From the IMG/VR virus record IMGVR_UViG_3300032274_000005, positions 1-51,305 of that record: a stretch of DNA of 51,305 bases; one strand, 5' to 3'. Position numbers and translations under genes: made by a program. The notes below the pieces were generated by a model. The model was not told the DNA's origin and ran no database searches. It saw nothing but the letters and a program-made list of their open reading frames with translations. Within the stretch, counting starts at the first letter, position 1; the number at the start of each line of letters is the position of its first letter. Below are positions 17,751 through 26,437 of this stretch, piece by piece. This DNA comes from a virus (lineage: Duplodnaviria > Caudoviricetes).

Positions 17751-18067
17751 CAGCCCTGCCCTCCTTGCACTCGTATCAGGGCTGACAGAGCCTCTCTGAT
17801 GCAATCAGCGCGCCATCCCGAGCGGTCGGGAAGGTTCGACAGACTCTGCGTGTATCGTTCGATCTCCGCATGAAGCCGCTGCTCAAGCGTTGGCTCTTTT
17901 GGGGGCGGGGTGGGCATCTGAGGGTGGGCCGTTTGCCCTGCCCGTTCCGCGTCTGCGAAATATTCCCAGACTGAAACACGCCACACCCCGTCAACGAACC
18001 GGCCCAGGTATCGCCCTTGAACCTTTACAATGAACCCGTACCCTGTCCTGATTATGTCCATGCTCAC
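17750..18067 (-). CDS. Hypothetical protein
   Basis: Coupled ORF in the leftward operon. Confidence 0.5.
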   Translation of the reverse strand: MSMDIIRTGYGFIVKVQGRYLGRFVDGVWRVSVWEYFADAERAGQTAHPQMPTPPPKEPTLEQRLHAEIERYTQSLSNLPDRSGWRADCIREALSALIRVQGGQG

Positions 18068-18588
18068 GTCGGACCCCCCTTCGTCGCAGTCGTCGCCACG
18101 ACCTCGGCAGGCTCGTCACCATCAGCGACCGGACTAGCGCCGGGTGCTGTCGTCGCAGTCGTCGCTGCCAGCCACTCCAGATAGAGCAGCAGGGCCTCAA
18201 CGGGATCGGGGTGTTCAAACATCGGCGTGTCTTCCGGCCCGGCAACGTCCCGGCCGCTCGGTTTGTCTTCATAAACGCACCACCAACGAGTACGGCCCTC
18301 CACCTCGTCAGTCCAGCCCATTGACTCCACCCACACCCTCTCCACCCCCGCGGCCTGCGCCACCAGCAGCGGCACTCCAGCACGGGTCAGAGGGTCGCGA
18401 AGGTCGATGATCTCCGTCTCCAGCCAGCCAAGCGGGGCGCCAACCTCCCAGCGCCCCCGCGGCTTGCCGTGGACCACGTCGTAGCCGGGAGCCCAGCGCG
18501 CCAGCACCGAGCCACCAGCGGGCTCTACACGCAGCGCTCGCACCGCAGCAGTCAGCCTGCGGCTCTGGTCGAGTCGGTCAACGGTCAT
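18064..18588 (-). CDS. Hypothetical protein, 'WxPG...DxxDPxT...EAL' family (distant paralog of 35550 and 45590)
   Basis: RWAPG, IIDLRDPLTRAG, VEALL motifs. Confidence 0.55.
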   Translation of the reverse strand: MTVDRLDQSRRLTAAVRALRVEPAGGSVLARWAPGYDVVHGKPRGRWEVGAPLGWLETEIIDLRDPLTRAGVPLLVAQAAGVERVWVESMGWTDEVEGRTRWWCVYEDKPSGRDVAGPEDTPMFEHPDPVEALLLYLEWLAATTATTAPGASPVADGDEPAEVVATTATKGGPT

Positions 18589-18839
18589 TGTGGTGTCACT
18601 CGATAGTAAGATTCGTTGTGTTGGTCGGTTTCGATCTCACAGTCCCAGCCGAACCCACCGAGGAACGTAACCACGGCACTTGGTCTGGACTTGATCAGGC
18701 TCGTGGGTATGAAGATCAGCTCAGAGGCGCCGAAGGATTCGGTGATTCGATCACGCAGGGTTTCCACGTCCTCATCGCTGAGGGTGGCCCTGACATCCTC
18801 TCGGAGCGCGTCAGGCGTTGGGAAGTCGATATCATTCAT
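18585..18839 (-). CDS. Hypothetical acidic protein
   Basis: ATG after GGAGA; coupled ORF. Confidence 0.5.
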   Translation of the reverse strand: MNDIDFPTPDALREDVRATLSDEDVETLRDRITESFGASELIFIPTSLIKSRPSAVVTFLGGFGWDCEIETDQHNESYYRVTPQ

Positions 18840-18849
18840 GTCATCTCCG

Positions 18850-19329
18850 TTATCCGAATGGGTTTTTACTCTTCTGGGCCAGATACCGGATTCGCTCACC
18901 GATACCCACAGCCTCCGCTATCTCAAGCATCTGAGCATCGTGGTCCGAGTCCATGAAGCTACGTTCCGACAGCCAGTGCCTAAACGGCTCCGGTATGTCC
19001 AGTGCCAGAACGATCCACTTCCACTGTGGGATGACAGTCTGATAGTCATCCGTGTCGATGACCACGCCCTCAATCTTGTCAAACCGACCACACTGGCAGC
19101 CCAGATGCTCCGGGTTATCAGCCAGCGCGCGGGCACAGTCTTGGATGCTCTTACCCTGCCCGGATGCGGCCTCCTCAAGGCGATCCATCACCGAGAACCG
19201 ATCACCGATCGTATGATTGTAGTGGTAAGCATCTATGAGGCTCCCCATGCGGCACAGGTGGGGGTGTACCTCAAGGATCGCATCTTCAATGGCTGAGAAC
19301 GCCTCCTCTGAGAATCGTTGACGGATCAT
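18850..19329 (-). CDS. Hypothetical protein
   Basis: ATGA-coupled ORF, about 159 aa. Confidence 0.55.
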   Translation of the reverse strand: MIRQRFSEEAFSAIEDAILEVHPHLCRMGSLIDAYHYNHTIGDRFSVMDRLEEAASGQGKSIQDCARALADNPEHLGCQCGRFDKIEGVVIDTDDYQTVIPQWKWIVLALDIPEPFRHWLSERSFMDSDHDAQMLEIAEAVGIGERIRYLAQKSKNPFG

Positions 19330-19685
19330 CGTTCCCCCGGTCGTGGCACGGGCCAGCAGAGGCCGTTTGTTTTGGCATAGTGCATGACGCTCTGTAGACA
19401 CCCCTTCTCTGACCGTGACCCCACCTGCGTGGCTATCTCTGCCCAGGGAAGCTGTGTGGTGAGGGCCAGCTCATACCCACGCTCCCCGATCTTGCCGTAT
19501 GCCTCACCGTTGGCAGCACAACCCAGGGGCCACTCAAGGCCATTCCGCCGGGCATACCTCCGAGCCTCCCACAGGGCATTGTTGGACCGCAGAACAGATT
19601 GCACCCACGCCCATGAGCCATCGGGCCTGTTGTCTCGGTAGAGCTGGTACGCCCGCTGCCCTATCGTGATGTAGGTGTCAGCCAT
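19326..19685 (-). CDS. Protein with two HTH-like 'NGLxWP' repeats (paralog of 33869-35356)
   Basis: GQRAYQL..W..ARRYARRNGLEWP and GERGYEL..WAEIA..HYAKTNGLCWP. Confidence 0.65.
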   Translation of the reverse strand: MADTYITIGQRAYQLYRDNRPDGSWAWVQSVLRSNNALWEARRYARRNGLEWPLGCAANGEAYGKIGERGYELALTTQLPWAEIATQVGSRSEKGCLQSVMHYAKTNGLCWPVPRPGER

Positions 19686-20044
19686 CAGAGGCCCAGGCCC
19701 ATGAGCAGCGAGACACCATAGGCGATTGCGCACAGCATGACGTACATGGTTGCGGCGGTCATGCGATCACTAAAGATGTCCCGATCTGGGGTCTTCCAAT
19801 CGTCCGGCCTTTCTCGTTGCCGGGCATGGTGTGCCTTCAACTCTCCGGGAGCCCGCACCCGAAGACTGATCACCCACAGCCCGGCAGCATGTGCCAGAGA
19901 CAACGCAGGCGCCCCGAGGGGCACAATGAACAGAGCCCACAACAGCAAGATGGAGCCAACCGAAGCGGTGACGGTGGCGGCCCACGAGAGCCATAGCAGC
20001 CATCCGGCCATTGGTGGGCGTTCGTCGGTTGACTCTTCAGTCAT
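19685..20044 (-). CDS. Membrane protein (about 3 TM)
   Basis: Three hydrophobic segments. Confidence 0.55.
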   Translation of the reverse strand: MTEESTDERPPMAGWLLWLSWAATVTASVGSILLLWALFIVPLGAPALSLAHAAGLWVISLRVRAPGELKAHHARQRERPDDWKTPDRDIFSDRMTAATMYVMLCAIAYGVSLLMGLGL

Positions 20045-20047
20045 TGG

Positions 20048-20248
20048 TCACCCCTGCTTGGTGGCTCTCAGTGCCGCAACAATCCTGACTGCTTCGGATA
20101 CAGCGCATCCCTGGTAGCAGGGCATAAACCGCTCCGAGCCGCACTCTGGGCATCCACCATCTCGGCGGGGGATCGCGTGATTGAGCACGCGAATAGTCTG
20201 ATTCAACAGACTGTGTGTGATCTGATGCGTTTTCGGTCGTCTACCCAT
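20048..20248 (-). CDS. Small Cys-rich protein
   Basis: CPECG...C..GC motif. Confidence 0.45.
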   Translation of the reverse strand: MGRRPKTHQITHSLLNQTIRVLNHAIPRRDGGCPECGSERFMPCYQGCAVSEAVRIVAALRATKQG

Positions 20249-20495
20249 TCTCCACCTCCGTTGCTGCCAGCACGATTGACGCGGCCTCAGCCATCACCTT
20301 GATCTGATCCGAGGTCAACAGGTGCCACCCGTTGCGTGTGTCACTCCGGTACGTGTCCACAGCCCCCACGAGGGTGGGACGGCTGAGGCCCACGATCCGC
20401 CACGAGTCCAGCAGGGCCTCAGTCTGTGCCCGCGCCTGATCCCGCTCAAGGGTGAGGCGCCGGATCGTGTCCTGTGGTGATTCGTTGATTTTCAC
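20241..20495 (-). CDS. Hypothetical protein
   Basis: Coupled ORF in the operon. Confidence 0.5.
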   Translation of the reverse strand: MKINESPQDTIRRLTLERDQARAQTEALLDSWRIVGLSRPTLVGAVDTYRSDTRNGWHLLTSDQIKVMAEAASIVLAATEVENG

Positions 20496-20497
20496 GT

Positions 20498-20782
20498 CTA
20501 CTCCCCTCCGCTCGTGTCTTCGTCATCTTTTAAGGGGTACGCTGTATAGACGGGCTCCGCTTCTGCGTAGATGGAGAACTTGATCTTCTCACCGGTCGTG
20601 GGCTCAACAAAGACCACGTAATAGCCGTGCCCACGAAGCACGCTCAGGTCACTGTATCGGGTATCGTAGTCCTCTACGATTTCCTCTGCCGCGTCCGATG
20701 TGGCCTCACCCTTCCAACCTTCCTCAAGCAACTCAGACCACCGGCTGCCCTTCTGGTACAGGTACACGTCGTACTCTTTCAT
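20498..20782 (-). CDS. Hypothetical acidic protein
   Basis: ATG after AGGAG. Confidence 0.55.
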   Translation of the reverse strand: MKEYDVYLYQKGSRWSELLEEGWKGEATSDAAEEIVEDYDTRYSDLSVLRGHGYYVVFVEPTTGEKIKFSIYAEAEPVYTAYPLKDDEDTSGGE

Positions 20783-20784
20783 GT

Positions 20785-21471
20785 CTACTCCTGAGCCCAC
20801 AGGGCTTCTGCGTTGTTGAGGTATTCGAGTGCCTTGTGTGTCCTCGGCACCTTGGCTGGCTTGCCGTCTCGGGTGAACCTGAGCGCCTGAATTTCAGCCC
20901 GGCGCCACACGAGCCCACGCCCGTACCGGATCAGATCCTCAAGGGCACCCTCAATCCGTGTGCAGTCATAGGCAGCAACCCACACCTGCTGATCCAGCTC
21001 ACTCCAGTGATACCAGTCCGGCCGGATGTCTCGGACATCCAAGCCCATCCACAGGCAGGCCAGCCACAGCACCCGGCTGATTCCCCGCAGCTCTCGGTTG
21101 ATGACGCTCTCGGCGCTCTTGTCTGAGCCGAAGCGATCCACCGCCGCAATCGACCCATTCCATCCATCGGTGATGATGTGCTCGACTGCCGGGGTGAAGT
21201 CCGAGAGGTATGACCACACCGACCGCTCAGGCCCCCTGGGCTCGGGGAGCCCGATGGCCCCCGTGGGACTGACGAAGTGCCCGACCCAGTTGGGATGGAC
21301 CCCGTACACCCCTGCGAGAAACCGGGCCTTGTATCCACGCAGCATGTGGACAGCGCCGGGCCTGCGTTCGTTGCCGGTGAGGATCTGAGCCTCAAGCAGC
21401 TCGGCAGACCGGATGGCTGTGCCAGCGTCGGCGTATGCACGCCTGCGCAGCGTGTACTGAGGAGAGGTCAC
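20785..21471 (-). CDS. Hypothetical protein
   Basis: 228-aa ORF, GTGA-coupled. Confidence 0.6.
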   Translation of the reverse strand: MTSPQYTLRRRAYADAGTAIRSAELLEAQILTGNERRPGAVHMLRGYKARFLAGVYGVHPNWVGHFVSPTGAIGLPEPRGPERSVWSYLSDFTPAVEHIITDGWNGSIAAVDRFGSDKSAESVINRELRGISRVLWLACLWMGLDVRDIRPDWYHWSELDQQVWVAAYDCTRIEGALEDLIRYGRGLVWRRAEIQALRFTRDGKPAKVPRTHKALEYLNNAEALWAQE

Positions 21472-21713
21472 GCCTGCTCCTCAGAGGTGATCTCAATGGT
21501 CCACGCACCATCACGGTACGTGTCAAGCACCCCAGCCTCGAAGCCAGGGCACACAGAATCAGGGTCGGCAGCGTAGGGCAGGCCCTCAGCCTCGGGGGCC
21601 TCTCGCATGGCCTCTGCATACTCGGGGTGGGTGCTGAGGTCGACCTCAGCCGAAGGCCACCCAGCCGGGTTTGTTCCGGCCTGATGTGTTGTGCCCGTCT
21701 GATGTGTGTTCAT
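21468..21713 (-). CDS. Hypothetical acidic protein, first gene of the leftward operon
   Basis: AGGAGGG RBS downstream of the promoter at 21737-21765. Confidence 0.55.
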   Translation of the reverse strand: MNTHQTGTTHQAGTNPAGWPSAEVDLSTHPEYAEAMREAPEAEGLPYAADPDSVCPGFEAGVLDTYRDGAWTIEITSEEQA

Positions 21714-21720
21714 CGGTCAA

Positions 21721-21765
21721 CCCTCCTGACACAGTACATATATGGCACCTTCTGTGTAGCGTCCA
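21721..21765 (-). promoter_or_regulatory. Leftward promoter TGGACG-N17-TATATG with conserved TACTGTGTCAGGAGGG
   Basis: Member of the repeated promoter family (see findings). Confidence 0.6.
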
Positions 21766-21837
21766 CAAATGGCCCGAACAAATATCAACGGACCACGGTG
21801 ATCAGGGCACGTCCCGCATTTAGCACGGGCCATATCT

Positions 21838-21871
21838 TGACCGTATGCCACGGCTCCGATACACTGTGTCC
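21838..21871 (+). promoter_or_regulatory. Rightward promoter TTGACC-N17-TACACT, probably giving a leaderless mRNA
   Basis: ATG lies 6 nt after the -10; no Shine-Dalgarno. Confidence 0.55.
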
Positions 21872-22066
21872 ATGATGACAATCACACAGCAACTCACCGC
21901 CATCCTGAGCACTCAGGGGAAGCGGTGGGCCGATCTCTATGAAGGGATGCCTTCCACCACAGTCAAGCGACTACGGAAGGGAGCGCCCGTAAACACGGCC
22001 ACGCTACAGGGGGTGGCTGACACCCTCGGGCAGCCCGTGACCGTGACGTTCTACCCTCGGTTTTGA
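21872..22066 (+). CDS. Cro/XRE-like HTH regulator
   Basis: 64 aa; 'GMPSTTVKRLRKG..VNTATLQGVADTLG' XRE pattern; at the divergent switch. Confidence 0.65.
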   Translation: MMTITQQLTAILSTQGKRWADLYEGMPSTTVKRLRKGAPVNTATLQGVADTLGQPVTVTFYPRF

Positions 22067-22167
22067 TTGCAGGGGTGGGGGCACATGAATCACTCACGTC
22101 ACGGGGAAGCCCCCACCTCTGCTCTTTCTCTCCCCGGTGGCCTACTCTCTGCCACCATTCCCCCACG

Positions 22168-22210
22168 GGGCCTGTGGAGGGTATCCCCTGCCCTCCACAG
22201 GCCCACTTTC
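22168..22210 (+). terminator. 14-bp perfect hairpin (terminator/attenuator) after the Cro-like gene
   Basis: GGGCCTGTGGAGGG-N9-CCCTCCACAGGCCC then ACTTTC. Confidence 0.5.
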
Positions 22211-22227
22211 CTACACACACGGGGGCC

Positions 22228-22485
22228 ATGATGGATCTGCCAATCAGTGACGAGGACAGCCTCTTAGAGTGGCACCTCAAGGATCTGGCCATCCAAGAGG
22301 TGGCTGAGGCCCACGCTCAGTGGGTGGCTCGTTACTACCGACATGAGGCCATCCGGTGGAACAACCGGCGCATAGATGCGGCCGTGGGGGCTGCGCTGCG
22401 TGTCCTCGGGTCGATGGCTGAGGGTGCGTCCGAGCTGCGCACCGAGAACAGCACGCAACACAATCTGACGATGGAGGCGGAATGA
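22228..22485 (+). CDS. Hypothetical protein
   Basis: Coupled to the downstream ORF chain. Confidence 0.5.
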   Translation: MMDLPISDEDSLLEWHLKDLAIQEVAEAHAQWVARYYRHEAIRWNNRRIDAAVGAALRVLGSMAEGASELRTENSTQHNLTMEAE

Positions 22486-22706
22486 CCGGATGGACGAAGA
22501 AGGAGGGGACTATGGGCATGTGGACCCGGAAGACGGGCAGTCACACACTGTGCGTGGATATCGTGCTTGCTCACAGGTTCAAGGTCGTGGCCTTTGATGA
22601 CAGTCGGTGTGAGGTGTGGATCGGGCGCGCTCGCTCACTGATGGCAGGCATAGAGATGGCTGATCAGTGGGCAGCGGCCCAGGCAGCCCCCACGGGGGTG
22701 GAGTGA
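22482..22706 (+). CDS. Hypothetical protein
   Basis: GGAGG RBS, ATGA overlap. Confidence 0.55.
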   Translation: MTGWTKKEGTMGMWTRKTGSHTLCVDIVLAHRFKVVAFDDSRCEVWIGRARSLMAGIEMADQWAAAQAAPTGVE

Positions 22707-22957
22707 TGGAGCCCGATTGGAAGGCCATTGCCCTCTATTTGGCAGACTGCCACGCAGCCACGGCTGATGGTGAGGGGATGCTTTCACGAACGTCCAAGGG
22801 GTCACGGAAGCGATTCCGCGACATCTGCCTGATTGCACAGCACATGATCACCGGGGAGAACACCGGGGTCACCCCGCGACGGCTGGACACGTCTGACCGG
22901 TATCAAGCCCGCGTCATCGGCCGTCTCGCCAGCGCAGCAGAGGCATTGGATGAGTAG
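22706..22957 (+). CDS. Hypothetical protein
   Basis: TGATG coupling. Confidence 0.55.
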   Translation: MEPDWKAIALYLADCHAATADGEGMLSRTSKGSRKRFRDICLIAQHMITGENTGVTPRRLDTSDRYQARVIGRLASAAEALDE

Positions 22958-23198
22958 GCCCACACGCAGCCCTCAGACACCCGGAGTCAACTGGGCTCTG
23001 TTTGGTGCCCGGTGGTGTCGGTACACCCTGACTACCCGCCGATCCGTTCGCAGGCTCGGACCCAACCGGTGGCTGTGGATCGTCCGCCGAGCCCCCTCCA
23101 GGCCCAACAGCAAGGGGGAGATCCTGTTTCGGGGTGAGTGCCGGACGCGAGACGCGGCAATGGCTGAGGCCGACATGAGAGGGGTGACGCTGGTATGA
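22950..23198 (+). CDS. Hypothetical basic protein
   Basis: Coupled ORF. Confidence 0.45.
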   Translation: MSRPTRSPQTPGVNWALFGARWCRYTLTTRRSVRRLGPNRWLWIVRRAPSRPNSKGEILFRGECRTRDAAMAEADMRGVTLV

Positions 23199-23836
23199 AA
23201 CGAGGCAAATGGGGCAAGCAGTGGGAGGCCATCATCACGTCTCAGAACGTGATCTATGAGCGCACCGATCAAGCCTATGTCTACAAACAACACCCCGAGG
23301 TGCTTGTAACCAAGCAGGTGGGGGCATCGTTCCAAGGTCGATGGTCAGGCAAGGGCCAGCCCGACTACGCGGGGCTCTTTGATGGCCTCTTCTTCGGGAT
23401 GGAGGCCAAGAGCACGCAGAGCGGCAAGCTCACATGGGCAGCTCTCCGAGGCCATCAGGCGTACCAACTGGATCAGATCGTCAGGCATCACGGGGTAGCC
23501 TTCGTGGCTGTGCTTGACGCACCCAACCACATGGGCCTCTTGATCCCGTGGGCTCGCATCCGACAGGCATGGTTTGCAGATCGGGTCCATTGGGAGGGTG
23601 AGCGCGTCAAGCCGGCAGCGTCTCGGACACGGGCGCCGAACGGCTCGGCGTCCATGTCGGTCCAAGACCTCCGAGCCCGTGCCATCTGGACACACTACGC
23701 AGCCCCACAGGTGGGGTGGGACTACCTGCCCGCGCTCAGGGGCTATGCCAACTCGGTGGAGGCGTCCGCAGACCACCGGCTCACCGTGGACAACCCGGCA
23801 CCGTTCTACGTGCCTGAGCAGAGGAGAGACAGGTGA
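23195..23836 (+). CDS. recU: Holliday junction resolvase, RecU family
   Basis: G..WE..I...N..Y, PDYAG..DG.FFGMEAKST and HQ..QL...GVAF PD-(D/E)xK motifs. Confidence 0.8.
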   Translation: MKRGKWGKQWEAIITSQNVIYERTDQAYVYKQHPEVLVTKQVGASFQGRWSGKGQPDYAGLFDGLFFGMEAKSTQSGKLTWAALRGHQAYQLDQIVRHHGVAFVAVLDAPNHMGLLIPWARIRQAWFADRVHWEGERVKPAASRTRAPNGSASMSVQDLRARAIWTHYAAPQVGWDYLPALRGYANSVEASADHRLTVDNPAPFYVPEQRRDR

Positions 23837-24330
23837 CCCCATTCAAAAGGGACCGACTGTGGCGGGCTCTGAGGCACCATGACGCTGGGTTTGTGGCCAA
23901 GATCCTCAGCGACTACCCCAATGCGCTCTTGCTGGGCTGCGTGATGGCTGTTGCCTCGTATCCAACGGCGCCGAACATCACGGCGTCTCGACTGGCCTAC
24001 GTTGCCTCCACCCTCAGCCCAGAGGACCACCCCGGCACCCTGCGTGCCCTCCACAGTCAGGGCACGTCACACTATGCCCTCAACAACTACCGCACCACGC
24101 TGGCATCACAGGCCCTCCCCTATGCTCGGGGTGAGCTGGCTGTCTCGGATGCCCGGCTCCACTATCTGGCCCAGGTGGCTGGCCTCCGTCCTGACCTGGG
24201 CCTGCGCTCTGACCGCCTCGACCCCGAGGTGGTGAGCACGGAAGCCATCGGGACGCTCACAGGGGAGGCGGACGTGTCACAGTGGCTCCGAGGCCGCTAC
24301 CGCCTGGACTGGCAGGCTGCGCAGCCCTGA
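23833..24330 (+). CDS. Hypothetical protein
   Basis: GTGA-coupled 165-aa ORF. Confidence 0.55.
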   Translation: MTPFKRDRLWRALRHHDAGFVAKILSDYPNALLLGCVMAVASYPTAPNITASRLAYVASTLSPEDHPGTLRALHSQGTSHYALNNYRTTLASQALPYARGELAVSDARLHYLAQVAGLRPDLGLRSDRLDPEVVSTEAIGTLTGEADVSQWLRGRYRLDWQAAQP

Positions 24331-24352
24331 CAGGCTCACAGCCCACAAACAG

Positions 24353-24384
24353 AAGAGGCCAGCCCCATCCGGCTGGCCTCTTTG
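24353..24384. terminator. Bidirectional intrinsic terminator
   Basis: AAGAGGCCAGCC-N6-GGCTGGCCTCTT between convergent genes. Confidence 0.6.
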
Positions 24385-24394
24385 CTGTGGTGCC

Positions 24395-24575
24395 TCAGAA
24401 CAATGACTGAGGCGTAAACGCCTGCCTGCCACGACCCTCAAGGAACGCCCCCCACTGATCAGCCATAGCAGCAGCCACCCCGGCGTAGGTGAGGCTCCTG
24501 AGCTTGGCTCTGTCCTCAGAGGGGGGCAGTTTGTGGATGCGCTGCTCTCGGCCCTCCACAATGTGTGTGGGGTTG
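24395..24575 (-). pseudogene. C-terminal remnant of a phage DNA cytosine methyltransferase-like gene
   Basis: PTHIVEGREQRIHKLPPSEDRAKLRSLTYAGVAAAMADQWG matches the C-terminus of the short phage C5-MTase family; the N-terminal ACE/PPC/ENP motifs are absent. Confidence 0.65.
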
Positions 24576-24606
24576 TGGCCGGGTACGTCCCGGCCGGGTT
24601 GCTCTC

Positions 24607-24903
24607 TCAGTGCCGGCACTGCCACGTGTCAGAGGGCAGGCCATCATCCTCCAGCGTGGCCCACACCTCACCGTTGGAGTCAATCCACGCATCCTCACCG
24701 TCAAGATTCGCCACGGTGAGGATGTCCCAGAATGACGAGGCCACGATCATGGAGCCATCCTCGAAGACATAGACCGTGGTGTCTCCCTTCACGTACCGGT
24801 AGTCGGCCGCCTCCACGAGGGTGGCAAACTCCACCCCCTCAGCCGTCTCCCAGTTCCCTCCGTCTTCCCCGAGTGCCTTGCTGATGTCCTGTGCAATCGT
24901 CAT
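24607..24903 (-). CDS. Hypothetical acidic protein
   Basis: GGAGG RBS; downstream of the promoter at 25042-25070. Confidence 0.6.
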   Translation of the reverse strand: MTIAQDISKALGEDGGNWETAEGVEFATLVEAADYRYVKGDTTVYVFEDGSMIVASSFWDILTVANLDGEDAWIDSNGEVWATLEDDGLPSDTWQCRH

Positions 24904-25024
24904 TCTCTACGTCCTCCGGTGATTTCCCTACGCTCACAGCCAACCACTGACTTCGTGTGAGTTTCGTTCTGACCGGCTTTTACGTGTTTTTTTGGGGCCG
25001 GGCAGCGGTGCCGAGTGGGTTCAT

Positions 25025-25070
25025 CCCCTCCCGACACAATACATATAAGGGGGTCAGGATATGGCGTCAA
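25025..25070 (-). promoter_or_regulatory. Leftward promoter TTGACG-N17-TATATG with TATTGTGTCGGGAGGG
   Basis: Repeated promoter family. Confidence 0.65.
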
Positions 25071-25086
25071 TAGAAAGATGGAGAAT

Positions 25087-25137
25087 AAATATGTCCTTAT
25101 CTACTTGCCTCACCAACGAGGGTGACATATATGTACT
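25087..25137 (+). repeat. 51-bp direct repeat copy 1 (contains promoter TTGCCT-N17-TATATG)
   Basis: 47/51 identical to 26438-26488. Confidence 0.85.
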
Positions 25138-25174
25138 CAGGAGGGGATGGGCCCACACACAAGGGAGCTGGTAA

Positions 25175-25849
25175 ATGGAATGGGATACCATCCTGTACTG
25201 TGGCTGGACATCCACCCGCAGGAACGCCAACGACATCCAACGCCGTGGGTGGCGTTTCTTGGTGTCCCCCGCGTATGAAAGATTTGTGGCGCCACCCTAT
25301 CCAGAGTTCCCAAATGGGGAAAAGTCTCTGTATATGCTGGACAACGGGGCATGGACCTCCTTTAAGAAGGGCCTGCCATTCGATGGGGACGCCTTTAGGC
25401 GCTCGGTTGATCGGTGGGGGGACCGGGCTGATTGGGTCATCCTGCCCGACATCGTGGCTGGTGGTGTCAGCAGCATGGACCTAAGCCTCTCGTATGTTGA
25501 CGAGCTGCGGTATCTTCCCACGCTGCTTCCCGTCCAAGACGGCATGACGCCTGAGTTCGTGGCCGCATCTCTGCCTAAGTCCGTGGGAGGAATCTTTGTC
25601 GGCGGGTCCACTGAATGGAAGCTTAAAACCATCCCTACATGGTGCGACTTCGCACGAAAGCGCAACCTGTGGTGTCACGTCGGGAGAGTCAACACCCTCA
25701 ACAGAATCAAATTGTGCGTCAACAGTGGCGCTGACAGCATTGATGGCACATCAGCCACCATCTATTCAGTCAAGAACCCGGTGCTCGCAGCAGGGCTGAA
25801 TACCAAACAGGCACAACTCTTTTACGTGCCGCCTCGGAGTGACATATGA
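25175..25849 (+). CDS. TGT-fold / DpdA-like guanine transglycosylase
   Basis: LDNGA, LPDIV, PVQDG, FVGGSTEWK, HVGRVN and DSIDGTS motifs (both TGT catalytic Asp positions); adjacent to queC. Confidence 0.65.
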   Translation: MEWDTILYCGWTSTRRNANDIQRRGWRFLVSPAYERFVAPPYPEFPNGEKSLYMLDNGAWTSFKKGLPFDGDAFRRSVDRWGDRADWVILPDIVAGGVSSMDLSLSYVDELRYLPTLLPVQDGMTPEFVAASLPKSVGGIFVGGSTEWKLKTIPTWCDFARKRNLWCHVGRVNTLNRIKLCVNSGADSIDGTSATIYSVKNPVLAAGLNTKQAQLFYVPPRSDI

Positions 25850-26424
25850 GCAGCCGATCCGTTCTGATCCTTCTCAGTGGGGGCTATGACTCCCTGTTCA
25901 TGCTCAACATGAGCAAGGCCGATGGGCACGCCACGGCGTGCCTGTTCATCGACTACGGCCAGCAAGCGGCCCAGCAAGAGCAGCAGGCAGCGGAACGGGC
26001 CTGTGCCGATCACGGTGTGGCGCTCTACTCCGCATCCATCACGCTGGCAGAATCTTCTATCACGCCTATGAACGGCCCCTCTGGGGCTGGCCCCCGTGTG
26101 GTGCCCGGCAGAAATCTGGCCCTCATCGGGCTGGCTGTCAACCACGCAGCCTCAGAGGGCTACAAAGAGGTGTGGATCGGGGCAACGGCTGATGATGTTC
26201 ACGACTACGCAGACTGCCGAAGTGGATTCATCATGGGGGCTGATGCCGCAGCTCGTGCCTATGGTGTTCAGGTTTGCGCCCCCCTGATTCGTCGCCGTCG
26301 CTCGGATCTGGTTGAGATGGTGAAGCGGAGCGGGTGGGTTATGTCCGCAGCATTCTCTTGCTATTCCCCCGATGAGAACGGGAAACCATGCGGGGATTGC
26401 AACTCGTGTGCGCAGCCCGCATAA
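25846..26424 (+). CDS. queC: QueC-family 7-cyano-7-deazaguanine synthase
   Basis: SGGYDS PP-loop, DYGQ, VPGRNL, DYADCR and SCY...PCGDCNSC Zn site. Confidence 0.88.
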   Translation: MSSRSVLILLSGGYDSLFMLNMSKADGHATACLFIDYGQQAAQQEQQAAERACADHGVALYSASITLAESSITPMNGPSGAGPRVVPGRNLALIGLAVNHAASEGYKEVWIGATADDVHDYADCRSGFIMGADAAARAYGVQVCAPLIRRRRSDLVEMVKRSGWVMSAAFSCYSPDENGKPCGDCNSCAQPA

Positions 26425-26437
26425 GCTGTGCATGGAC

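Noticed and set aside
20785-21471. Possible tyrosine integrase ('LWMGLDVRDI')
   Set aside because: No catalytic R...HxxR...Y constellation.
24904-25024. Leader with T7 tract and a tiny ORF (MNPLGTAARPQKNT) as a phase-variable or attenuator element
   Set aside because: Homopolymer is short, RBS spacing is poor, and no alternative structures are evident.
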